A DNA stretch of 62,592 nucleotides, filler included, from Choristocarpus tenellus KU-1152 (Eukaryota > Protista > Phaeophyceae): NCBI GenBank assembly GCA_964200185.2. It is 12 parts of 12 records of this genome, joined end to end, with 100 filler letters (N's around TTAATTAATTAA, not from the genome) between each part and the next. Parts side by side here need not be neighbours in the genome. Positions count along the whole stretch, not along the records: positions 1 to 6,769 come from CAXNAD020007389.1; positions 6,870 to 10,098 come from CAXNAD020021393.1; positions 10,199 to 15,846 come from CAXNAD020010142.1; 9 more parts are not named here. One strand, 5' to 3'. The position numbers were made by a program, and so were the translations under genes. Below the pieces are notes generated by a model. The model searched no databases and had not been told where the DNA came from. It worked only from the letters and a program-made list of their open reading frames with translations. Positions within the stretch are counted from its first letter, which is position 1, and each line of letters opens with the position of its first letter. Shown here one piece after another: positions 1 through 11,110 of this stretch.

Positions 1-153
1 CAGAGTAGGTAAAATGTATATGTTATGCAAAGGTGTGTCCAGAACAAGGATATCGACATTTCCTAACAAACACGATAGCCAAAATACATCAAAATCGCAA
101 GATTGAATTTTGGCCCCAAATGGACGCAGCCCTACCCTCTAAGATACTTTGGC
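1..153 (-). mobile_element. MITE family B, partial copy cut by the window edge
   Basis: Ends in CCAAATGGAC...TACCCTCTAAGATACTTTGGCTC; the interior matches the copies at 27354, 45008, 54505 and 57753. Confidence 0.85.
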
Positions 154-2004
154 TCAGTGGGGCTTCGTCACACCTGATATGGAGGCTAAAAATTTAAAAG
201 AGAGTTCCCATCTCACATGGGATAATATTATCAGACAACATGGCCACCAACCACTCCACACCCATGAAGAGTCCACATGCTGGAAAACCTGCCTTTACCC
301 TAGCCGCAAGCACAGGATGCATATATGGTTCACAGGTTGAGGTCATTCTAGTGATGAGGAATCCGATTTTTTCCACCTCACAAACTGATTATTCCTTTAG
401 GAGAAATTGTTTGAGCTTTTCATGGCTCTTTGTCTTAGATAGAAATAATAATTGCTATCATCCGTGGGTATCTTCATATTTAATCTGAATGCTGCTAGAG
501 GTTCGACTATCTGGTCGACTTTGTGTCACCTTGATTCATTAATGGAGATGGGATTATGATTATGCAGTACTTAAAGACGAATTAAATTCCTTCTTCTGGT
601 AGGAAGGATTAGGGTTAGGATTGAGTGATAGCTAGACAAATGGTTGTCACATTTTGGAAAGGGGAATCGGGTAGAATGAATCATAACCGGTTGGAACCTG
701 GGATTGAATGAATCGTGCTCTCTGGTACAGTGACAGCTTTTTTGTGGTAAAAGTGTGTCATAGTGCGGTGAAGCACCATTGAATATTTGTGCTGGTGAGC
801 CTTGTGACATGCTCTGCGCAGCAAGATGTTAATTGGTACAGCGATGTTGGTATTCCTTGATACATTCAAAGCAAGAAAATCATTCTCTGTGTAGGCCTGT
901 CACCTTGTGAAGAAGGCCTTTGTAGATGTCTTAACTCTGGATGTATATAGCATCCAGTTGTAAGCAAACTGCCAAATACTGCAACCACGTTTAGAAGAAC
1001 CAGGTGATAGGCGGGGTTTTATTATTGTTTTACAGCACCAATATTGTTGGATTATGGTCCAGAATCCATTCCTTCCAATACCATTGCCTTGATTGTCTAG
1101 AGCTTTGCAAGTGGCTCTTTTTCATACTTGTCTACACGCTGTTCTTGCCGTTCCTCACCCATTGAGTTCCCTACACTTCTTTATTTGATGGTGTAGCGTT
1201 GGAAATATATCAAAGATGCATGTTGGCACTGTAACATTGTGTATGGCCTCACAATGCACGAAAATAGCGGTAAAATCACTGCACATCGTTTCAAAAACGA
1301 GAGGATGTGTTTGTGCAAGACATACATGGACTGGTTGTAGACTAAAAGAGAACAACGACTCAAACTCCTCCAGCATTTCGATAACAGGTGAACTCCCCAA
1401 ATGAATTGCACATCGTTTCCTCCTGGAAGTCAGAGACACTGCTTGCAATTGTAATCGGCATAGCAGCTTCGGACAGAACAGAGGCTTCCACCGAAGACAT
1501 TGGGTGCTAAAGTCCCAAGACAAACATAGTTCCTAAATGAAAGAGAATGAAACTGTCATCTTCAAGCCCATGGGAATGCCAAGCAAGCAAAAAGGGCTAC
1601 TGAGAATGAGTGACTTCGCCGACTAAATCAATGAACTTTTGCCCTGAGTTGCCTAATGTTGACCTGAACTGATCCAAAGGAGCTAGACGCCGTATATGAG
1701 TAGTTATTGTGTTGAAGTTTCTACCTCATCATTTCATCCTCAGTCCTTGTGTATGACTGTCAATCCCAGTGTGCTAGTGTATTTACAATTTTTTCCCAAT
1801 TTCTTGTGGATTCTATACTGTTATTTGTACTGTAATTATGGTGATCCATGTGATGTCACCTTGTCTAACAATAAACTATTGGTCAAAACTTATTTTGGAA
1901 AAGCAATTTCACAGTACTAGGAAAAACGCAAACACTGTAAGAATAAAATTGAAATACTAGAGAAAATGAGGATAGAAAAATAATGAGAAAAATTAAGAGA
2001 AAAA

Positions 2005-2261
2005 GAGGAACAGTACCTTAGAGGGTATAGCCGCGTCCGTGCGAGGGTCAATATCCAATGTTGCGATTTTGATGTAATTTTGGCTATCGCTTCCGTTAGG
2101 AAGTGGCAATATCCTTGTTCCAAACACCCTTTTCATAGCATACACATATTACCTACTCCGATCTGTTTTGGAGGAGGAAAAAGTCATAAAAAACCTGTGG
2201 GAAGTCAAGCCCCAAACGGACCACCAGGTCAAAACACGTACCCTCTAAGATACATTCACTC
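2005..2261 (+). mobile_element. MITE family B, full length (~257 bp)
   Basis: Degenerate TIRs AACAGTACCTTAGAGGGTA / TACCCTCTAAGATACATTC; flanked AAA/AAA; interior matches 27354-27612. Confidence 0.85.
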
Positions 2262-2450
2262 AAACTCAGTGTTAGTAAGAAGTGAAGTCACGAGAAACCA
2301 GCCATAACCCAATATCACTCGTTAGCTGGAATAGGACGTCATTGACGTTGTCAACATCGCCAGGTTCTGCGGGGAAAATTAGTAAAATATATATGTTCAG
2401 TGTCACATCCTTCCATCCAATCTGAACACCACTCATTGCACGTCACACAT

Positions 2451-3741
2451 AGATCAGCTCAAAAGGAAAGAGACAACGAGAAGAGTAAAATACAGCATAG
2501 AGTGGTAAGCGACATGCATGCGTTTGATGGATTTGCGAGGGGCTTCAGAATTGAGCGTTTGTGGCGCGATTGGTGTGGACTTGGCGCAAAAGGAGAGAAA
2601 GTCAATGGCAGTGGCGTTGGAGTAGTTTTGGGCCACATACCCTTTTATTCCATGATGCGTATTGATCTGTCCAGATAATGACCACCTTGCAGCGTGTGAA
2701 TCAAACGTGTGCAAGTTATGCACAAAGCAAGTGTTCATAATTGTTGGCGTTCAATAAAACAAAGAGGAAGCGGAAGATTTTGTCACAATTCACAACGCAC
2801 GAAAGGATGAGCTCTCATACGAGATCAAAGATATGGGTTCTAAAATAGTGCACTGTGTCGGATGATTGAACTGGAAAGAGTCAGTGCAAGACAGAACTGA
2901 CAGATTGCATGGAAGGTGCGCGTTGTCAGGGTTAGAAGATGCATGAGAACATCAGCTGGCACTGGTAACGTGTGAGACCAAAGGATGAGGAACAAACGAT
3001 GTATGTATATATTCATACACAACACGTATAGATATCTAGTAGTAATAGGGACGTCAAAGCAGCTATAGTTCAACATATGAAATTAGTAACTCAATCAACA
3101 AACACACCAAACACAACCTGTGGACGTTGGTTGGGTATGGGGTCTAGATTACAATATCCACCTTGGTATCTCGTGAGTAACTCTAAGTGGAAATGTACCG
3201 ATCATTGGACAAATTATAGTCCTTCACACTGAAGCTGGCATATATATTTTTTAAAAAGGGACTTGAATGTTTGGCCTTTCTCTTTCTTGCAACGGTGAAT
3301 TTATTGTTACATTTCTTCCTTTCATGTAATGATTATTAAGCATCTCTGCCTACCTCGGATTTCACTTCAGCTAAGCGAGGTCTATCCCCTCAGGGACAAC
3401 AAATCAAAGCACCACAAATGAACCACCACATAACGTTCACTCGCACACACTGCAATGATAAAATATGTTTGTTGACAGAGGTAAAGGCTAGTGACCACAT
3501 TGTGTATTATAATGCAAACACAGAAGGGCATTCATATCAAATTCGAGCTATGCTTCTATACGATTTGTCTGTAAATCAGCTAGTCAAATAATGAGCGAGT
3601 GGCATTTCAATCAGTCTAGGGTATAATGTTGTGTGCAGCCTGCGTATAAATATTAGCGTAGAAAATCACTCCAAGTGGCAAAGCTCCCATGAGAGAGCTC
3701 ACATGATAGATGACGCCAGAGCACCCTCAAAGGTGGATTAA
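2451..3741 (+). CDS. Possible exons of an unknown gene or pseudogene
   Basis: AG/GT-bounded purine-rich segments near 2451-2503, 2765-2913 and 3657-3741; the last two join in phase, but there is an in-frame TGA at 2863. No recognisable domain. Confidence 0.2.
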
Positions 3742-5887
3742 GTAGCACCATTTTTACTTCATCTCCCTTCACAATCCCCAAAGCCAAAAGCAATTGGATG
3801 CCCTTGCTTGTGTAAACATTTAGAAGAAGTAATGAATTCAGGTTTTTGTGACTTTTGGCATCCCTATTTAACTTTGTCCAGTATGTAGGGTATAAAAATG
3901 AGGGCAAAAGCATAACAATACACACCCCTCCCCCTCCCCACCGATAGCCCTACTCAAGTTTGGTCAGTACTGATCTCTCCATATTGCCTTTCATTGCCTT
4001 TCCTTCCCACCTGATGATGTTGCCTGTTGCGGTAGGTATTGCGCCTACACTCATATGCTAAGAAGTGCTTGAAGACGGCAATGGATCTGGCTAGTTCACT
4101 CTTCCCCAAGGATCTGACAGGTTAGGGTCTTGACTTTAAGTGGAATCAGGTGTGTACTTTCATCTATTGTACATACTTGTAGTAGTGTGTCCTGTTGGTG
4201 CTTCTCTTACTCATAATATGATCATACTGGAATGAACGTATTTTACATGTACTTTGAAGCACATGAAAGTGTAATTCTAAGGATACTGTGGACTGTCCTT
4301 GAAATTATTATATTGTGGCTGTTCAAGACCTGCACCTTGTTTTATGATGCAGAGTCACTTAGTGTCTTCTATACCAGGAAAAGAGATGCAAAGGTCAAGT
4401 ACTATTGGGGCAGCTGAGCAGTACACTGTGGCAAGAGGTGAAATGTCCACCTGAATAGCAATACCCCTATTGGAGGTGATTGAGATGAGTAACTTTTTTT
4501 AAGATACGGCTTATCTGGGGTAGGTATTCCGCTCCATCTTGTTCCCTGTACTATAATAGGTAAGAGACGAATGGTCAGATATTGTTCATTGTGTGATATA
4601 TGATAGCGTGTATGCATTTTTTTTTCATCAGGCTTTTTTCAATTCCGGACTGAAGTGAACAGGGACATTGGCTACAACAGAGTGGTTCATCATCAGTACA
4701 GTTCAATTTCGATAATAAGTTCATGCTGAGGTAATAGAGATCGAGTCGTGTGTACATCTGACTGATCTCTATTTCATGCTGTGGTTGATGTACAATAGAG
4801 AGGAAAATCCCATAATGGTCCAGGTTTTGGACATGGATCAGTAATTAAGAAGCCGACTAATTTATGGCAAGGAGTGGATGGGTCAAGTCCTTTGTTTCAT
4901 AGTCCATTAGTCCAAAGCCCTGGGAATTTGTTTCTGGCGAGGGATATGTTTTCATAGTGTAACTTTATGTGTCTGAAATGATTGTTTGACCTGTTTGGTC
5001 AGTACTTGTTATGCTGAAGTTGTAGATAGTGCCTGAGTTTGTTTATGATGTCGTCTTTGTTTTCCTGTGTCGAGGATTTTCGAGAGGTATTTATTTCTCT
5101 GACTTCCGTGTAAAGTCGGACATTTTATCCTAACTGGAAAAGCAGTCCTTGACACCACCACATCTAACCTAAGCGCTCCTATACCTGAGCTATCTTAGCT
5201 AAAAGGGGAGTTCCTTGAGTCTCTGGGGTTGATGTAGTTGCCTTCTAGGACATGTGCTTATAGCACTCTGACGGGCGATTTCGCGCTTGTATGGGAGAGC
5301 TTTTGTCTTCTTTTCGACAGACGCAGCCTCCTAAGGAGAATAGGCTGCAAGTCAGGCATGGGAATGGAGTGCAAGGCAGGAGGTCTAAAACACACGAAGT
5401 ATTCAATAGAGCCAAACAGACTCCCTTTTTTTAGGAAGAATGACTCATCTTCCTCCTGACACACTATAGCTCTCATTACCCACCTTTGTTTCTAACGAAA
5501 GGACAACAATATGTGCCGTTCTTGTGGTGCAGAAAAAATTAACAGTAGCAAATACATTTTATAAAATATTGGTCAAATTGCTCAACTTCAATATGCTGTC
5601 TACAAATGCGTTCGCGATAAACTACTCAATATAAATTTTAACAACTACACCCCATACACCAATATGCTAGACACATTGAGGTACTGATACGTATTTGTTG
5701 GTGTAGTTTGGGTCTGAATTTTATGATTGTGTCTATTTGTTGGATTTGGCTTCTTTTTTGTTGAGTTATTGATCAAGTCAACCTGTGATTATATGCTCGA
5801 TCGTTTTCTTACTCACACTTGCGCCAATAAGAACAAGAACATACAGCACCTTGAATATCCCGACTATGCGCAACACCCACTCCTTAG

Positions 5888-6074
5888 GAGAAGATTGGTA
5901 TATCGAGGTGCGAGAAATATTTGAGCAGTACTTGAAGGAGGACAAGGCTGCGTCAAAGAAGAAGGAGGCCTCCAAGGCTAAGTTGGAGGCAAAGGTTTTG
6001 AACATGATCAAAGATCACACCAAACCCATTGATACCATCATGAAGAAAGGGATCGGTAACATTACCAAGATCAG
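5888..6074 (+). CDS. Probable internal exon of a charged helical protein
   Basis: ccttag|GAGAAGATTGG...AAGATCAG|gtgagt; open frame DWYIEVREIFEQYLKEDKAASKKKEASKAKLEAKVLNMIKDH. Confidence 0.5.
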
Positions 6075-6664
6075 GTGAGTTATAGACCTCTTTAGCTTAT
6101 GCATTCAAGGGATGCCCAGCATGGGCAAATTGCTGGTGGGGTGATGAAGAAGAGGGACTAATAAAAATATGTAATATTTGGATAGTTGTGGCTCCTGGAC
6201 GTTACGATTTACCCTGAAGATCCCTTAGAGCTCTAGAGTAAGTGTCACAATTCATGCTATCTCTGTGCTTTTACCTTGATGATGGCCATGTACATTGAGC
6301 TGGTATGCATCGTACTTCAAACTGATCTATATGTAATGAGTGCCATCATTGTAAGGGTATGCGTTTGGCCACACATATAAGTAGTGTTTTTGTTGTTTGT
6401 AGGTCGTGCATGTTGTTTTCCTAAGATATACACGTCTATCAAGTAACCTCTACTTTAAAATATTAATTACACTTTGTTTTTGGATGGGGGAGATGGAAGA
6501 AAACTATTGCAATCGTTGTAAGCTTTTTTAAGTTGGCACTCTTTCAATATGGTGTCGGAATAAACCCAACTCTACTACCGCGTAAAATGACACATGCAAA
6601 AAAATATTGTGAGGATACGTACCAGTTCAGTCTCTACTGCAATCTGGACGCCTAAAGAAGGTTA

Positions 6665-6769
6665 GACCCAAAGTATCTGGGGGGGGGGGGGGGGGGGCCC
6701 CCCCCGGGTGCCCATCTGGGCCAAAACCAGGAAAAGGGCACTTATGTTATCCATTCGACGTATGCAACC
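6665..6769 (+). mobile_element. MITE family A (poly-G), truncated by gap
   Basis: GACCCAAAGTATCTG-polyG...CCAGGAAAAG...TTATCCATTCGACGTATGCAACC matches 27633-27811. Confidence 0.85.
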
Positions 6770-6869
6770 NNNNNNNNNNNNNNNNNNNNNNNNNNNNNNN
6801 NNNNNNNNNNNNNTTAATTAATTAANNNNNNNNNNNNNNNNNNNNNNNNNNNNNNNNNNNNNNNNNNNN
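6770..6869. other. Artificial contig linker N44-TTAATTAATTAA-N44 (1 of 11; the others start at 10099, 15847, 18727, 24119, 26769, 32549, 38053, 46232, 52608 and 55493)
   Basis: An identical 100-bp spacer with stops in all six frames occurs 11 times. Confidence 0.98.
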
Positions 6870-6874
6870 CTGAT

Positions 6875-7250
6875 ATGGAGTCTCATATTGATACTGTTGG
6901 GGGTGCCAAATTTATCACCGTTTGTGATATTCAGAGTGCATATTGGCAGATTCCTGTTGCTGAGGATGACATTGATAAAATTGCTTTTGTCTCGTCCAGA
7001 GGCAAATGCGTTTTCAAGAGGATGCCCTATGGGATATCAAATGCCCCTTGGCAATTTCAAAGAATCATGTCCTTAGCCTTTGCAATTTTTGGTCCATTGA
7101 GTGGATTGCTAGTTTACATGGATGATCTGATTGCTTGTTCTCCCACATGGGAAGGACATCTACACTTACTAGAACAGCAATTCAAAGCTTTACAAGCAGC
7201 AGGTTTAACCTTGAAATCGTCAAAGATCCAATTTGGACCTAAAAAAGTAC
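6875..7250 (+). mobile_element. Ty3/Gypsy LTR retrotransposon reverse transcriptase fragment
   Basis: Motifs DIQSAYWQIPV...KIAF...RMPYGISNAP..FQR.M...VYMDDL...GLTLK.SK. Confidence 0.92.
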
Positions 7251-7254
7251 GCCA

Positions 7255-7366
7255 TCGTACCCTCGGTTACGTTTTGTCCTTGTTCGTCTGGTCCGTCTTG
7301 CCCAGTGATTCTCTTTACCACCCCTGCCTGAGTGAACCACACCACCACAGAATCACACGATTCACA
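7255..7366 (-). mobile_element. Fragment of the CRE-like non-LTR element, abutting the Gypsy RT
   Basis: GTCTGGTCC.TCTTGCCCAGT..GATTCTCTT.ACCACCC...CCACAGAATCACACGATTCA is shared with 24900-25002. Confidence 0.65.
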
Positions 7367-9228
7367 TTAATGGATGAAGATAGCCCTCGTTTTCAATCTT
7401 GTATCTCTGCTGTAACATTCCCATTGATTAAGATATATCTTCACTTGCTGACCTGATATTCACCATCCTCGTTGGACTTTTGACTGTCGGAGTATCTCAA
7501 GGATCCTGTACAGGTATCAGCACCATCTATAGGCCAGTGCATTGGAGTTATATATCCTGTGGAGGTAAGCTTCCGAGCATGCTGTAACACAAGCACCACA
7601 GATTTTACACCTGTCCTGTCCTGTCCCTCTGCCACAAAAACATCCGACCGAGAATAAGATGGCAGGGCTTCTTTGCTGAGCAACATCAAGGTGGGTCCAG
7701 CACAAGACTGGAGGGAGGGGGTGGAGTGACAAGCAATGGTGCCTCTGACCACAATTAGAGTGAAGAAAAAAAAACACTACAGTGCACATAGTACATAGAG
7801 TAAACAATAAACACTCTGGAGGGGTAAATGATGGGCTTCTTTGCAACATCCCCTGGTGGTGTTCTTGGTCCCTGTACCTTACACCACAGTCATTCATTTT
7901 ATCTCTATCTACATAATTACACCAATCTGCAGAGCTACACACACTCGGATGAACGTGTTGTGAGCATCCTCCTGTCGAGCAATTATTCTGTGCAGTATTG
8001 TTTTCTTACTTGCAACGTTCATAATGAGTTATTGCTAACCATCCATGACGAGGATGGGATACTGAAGAGCTCTTGCATATGCAGAACTGTGGGAGGAGGA
8101 CGGGGAACCTGTATTGGGGAAGAAAGAGGGGAGGGGGAAGTTCCGTCAGATAGTGGCCATGCGCTCCAATATAATCTAGAGGAAAGGAACAACGGAGGCA
8201 GCGTGCCTGGGTTAATCCAGGGGGGCTGTTCTAGGGGGAAAAGAAGAGGAGAATGAGACGTGTCACCTCTAAGGAATTACATACAGTGCTCCCAACAGTA
8301 CCACGAGGAAAGGCGGAAAGACTGATAAATTTAACCTGAAGATTCTGATCAACATTTCTGCTCTCTGATTTATTTGCAGTACCAATTTTAAAATGTCACA
8401 AAAATCTCAATTTATAATTAAGTCCCTCAAGAAATATTGTTAAACATCAATGTGCTTGGTCTAGGTTGAGCTAGTTGTGTAATGTACCAACTTGCATCTG
8501 TTGAACTATCCCACACTGGACCCGCGGCTTTTATGGTGCTTTAATGAAGGACAAAGAACAGCTTGATGTAGATGAACAAAGTTAGTATTACAAGGGGCTT
8601 GTGGTCTCGATTCCACTGACTGAATATGTGGGTGAGACGAGCCTAAACAACCATTACTATTCTACAGTGTGGGGTTTGTAATCGTCTACACTAATTTACT
8701 ATGAATCACTATTACTTGTCTTAAGTATAGAAGGTGTATCTTGAGCATGATATAAAAACCAATCCACACTATGATTCAGTACATATAATATATCTGTCAC
8801 TGGCTCTCCATCCTATTATCTAATCCACCGGTGGTGTCTAAGTGTATCAGCAGCACTATCTACGAACAGCATCCTCCACCATTGTCGTCAAACATCTCAA
8901 CGCAACGTCTTCGAAACTGTTACTGAACCAACTCCAAAACAAGTCGCTACAAGAGCAACTCCTGTGCCACACTACTAAGCACTAAATACTCCCCTCCACA
9001 GAAGAAAGAGCTACAACCTTTTGAGTCTTCAGACAGACATCCAAGCTACTGCCCCTCCAAGAAACATTATCTCTCCTCCAGCCATGTATCAACGTTCATC
9101 ACATTATGGTCTCCAGAATAGCTATCATCAGCATATGCACTAAACACATTTTCATTACCAATACTACCAAAAACCAAACCAACACTCACAGACATCCTAG
9201 AATAAGTTAAACACACTGAATAACTTTT

Positions 9229-9469
9229 AAGCCAAGGCAAACGAGTGGTACCCAGTTTTTTAATCTATTGCAATTCACCCATATGTCTATGGATGAAGAG
9301 CTAAGTTTGACTTGAGAGGGTTAATTTCTCTATCGTTTGATAATTTTCGACCTGATTCGGAGTATGTCCTATATGCATTTGTGAAAAAAGCTGAACTTTG
9401 TACTCCAGAGCACATATTTGCCACCGTCCTTAAAATGCAACTATGGGTACCTCTCGTTTACTTTGACTC
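9229..9469 (+). mobile_element. MITE family C (~240 bp)
   Basis: TIRs AAGCCAAGGCAAACGAGTGGTACCCAG / GGGTACCTCTCGTTTACTTTGACTC; flanked TTT/TTT; interior shared with 17640-17798 and 41450-41652. Confidence 0.8.
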
Positions 9470-10034
9470 TTTGCCCAGCCATACTCTTCTGGAAGGTAAC
9501 ACGACTGTCCGCAATTCATTCTCCTTGCGTCTCAGTGCCTCGTTTCCTCGTAGTACTTGGACATACCTTCTTGACTTGGTGCTTGATGAGTCGCAAAATA
9601 CACGAGATGTTCCACCTTTTCTGTACTCATGCCGCATGGCACAATGTGTCAGGGAAAAGCCTGGGAAGTTTCTCTGAGACTGACAAATGGTGCCACCAAT
9701 GCTACGCAGAGTTTGGAAACAATGCCAACAGAGGTAGATACGTCTTCTGTGACCCCTTGTCTTTCTCATCAGTTATCTTTTTCGGAGAAGCCTTCTTCCA
9801 CTAACCAAGACGGTTATATACTCCCCCTTTTCTACTACCTCATCCCTTTCAGCATGTACTACTACTCGTGATTTCCTTTGTAGAGGTAGTGCCGTGATGA
9901 GCTCTTTCTGCTGATCCCCATCTCCTGGACTTCTCTGCCATTTGTGCGTGTCACTTTTGCAATTGTGACAACTTTCCTTACCTTGGTGGGGACATGAACA
10001 AGCCCCAGCACGGTTTCAGGTACAATGATGACAT

Positions 10035-10098
10035 GACCCAAAGTATCTGAGAGGGGGGGAGGGGTCTACACCAGGGTGTCCATTTGGACCATAATCAG
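10035..10098 (+). mobile_element. MITE family A end, truncated by gap
   Basis: GACCCAAAGTATCTGAGAGGGG...TCTACACCAGGGTGTCCATTTGG. Confidence 0.85.
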
Positions 10099-10461
10099 NN
10101 NNNNNNNNNNNNNNNNNNNNNNNNNNNNNNNNNNNNNNNNNNTTAATTAATTAANNNNNNNNNNNNNNNNNNNNNNNNNNNNNNNNNNNNNNNNNNNNTA
10201 CCTCTAGCCTCACCTTGACTTTTGCTGCCGCTGTCCTCTTGCTTGCTGTTGTATGTGGGTTTTCTTGTGTGGGGGGGGGGCTGCTTGTGCCGTGGTTGTG
10301 ATACGGTGAATGCACAACACTCTTTTAGGGCATCAAAGCAGAAGATGCAGTGTACCTTCCCGCTGTCGAAACGGCACTGTCTCTTGTTCATGATACACAC
10401 CCCAGGGTAGGGGAGAGGGTTGCGGTCTTTGGACAGGGAATGATTGGGTAAGGAGGTTGCC

Positions 10462-10621
10462 CCTCAAAGGATTAAATAATATGTGTGTGTGTGTCTGGCG
10501 TGTGTGGACGGGGACAAGCTGATAAGGTTTGTGGATTTAGGTCCTCAAGGATTAAATAATATGTGTGTGTCTGGTGTGTGTGGAAGGGGACAAGCTGATA
10601 AGGTTTGTGGATTTAGGTCCC
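10462..10621. repeat. Tandem duplication of an ~80-bp unit
   Basis: GGATTAAATAATATGTGTGTG...GGGGACAAGCTGATAAGGTTTGTGGATTTAGGTCC occurs twice. Confidence 0.9.
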
Positions 10622-11110
10622 ACATAATAATAATAGGACCTGCACATAATAGCAGGTGTGCCCGACACTAGTTGTGCTTAGGGTAGTGCTTGATGGAGCT
10701 TGAGGTGGCGTGACTTTTGATTGCTGAGCGGTTTTACCATAACCACTGCTGTATCAAGTCTCCTCAATACCCCGTGGTAGCTAGCCTGTTACATGCGGGG
10801 CTCCCATAGAAACTTAGAAGATCATCCTTGCAGCTCAAACCCCTGATTTATTTTTTTTCTCAAGTGCTAGTCTGCTCCCCTCCCCTCTCTTTCCACTCCC
10901 CTGGCTGTGACTGCTCTCCCCTCTCCCTCACATTGTACCAACCCTAACCCTGACCCTAGCCCATCGCCCTACCCCTTGGCATCTTGCCCCATGTCCACTC
11001 CCCTCCCCTCTTGATGCATCCTTCTTCCATTTGAATTGGATGGGTCGTGATGTGCGTCTTCTCCTGCGTTGATCATGTTCTACTACATTTTTTGTTATTT
11101 GCCTGCGAAG

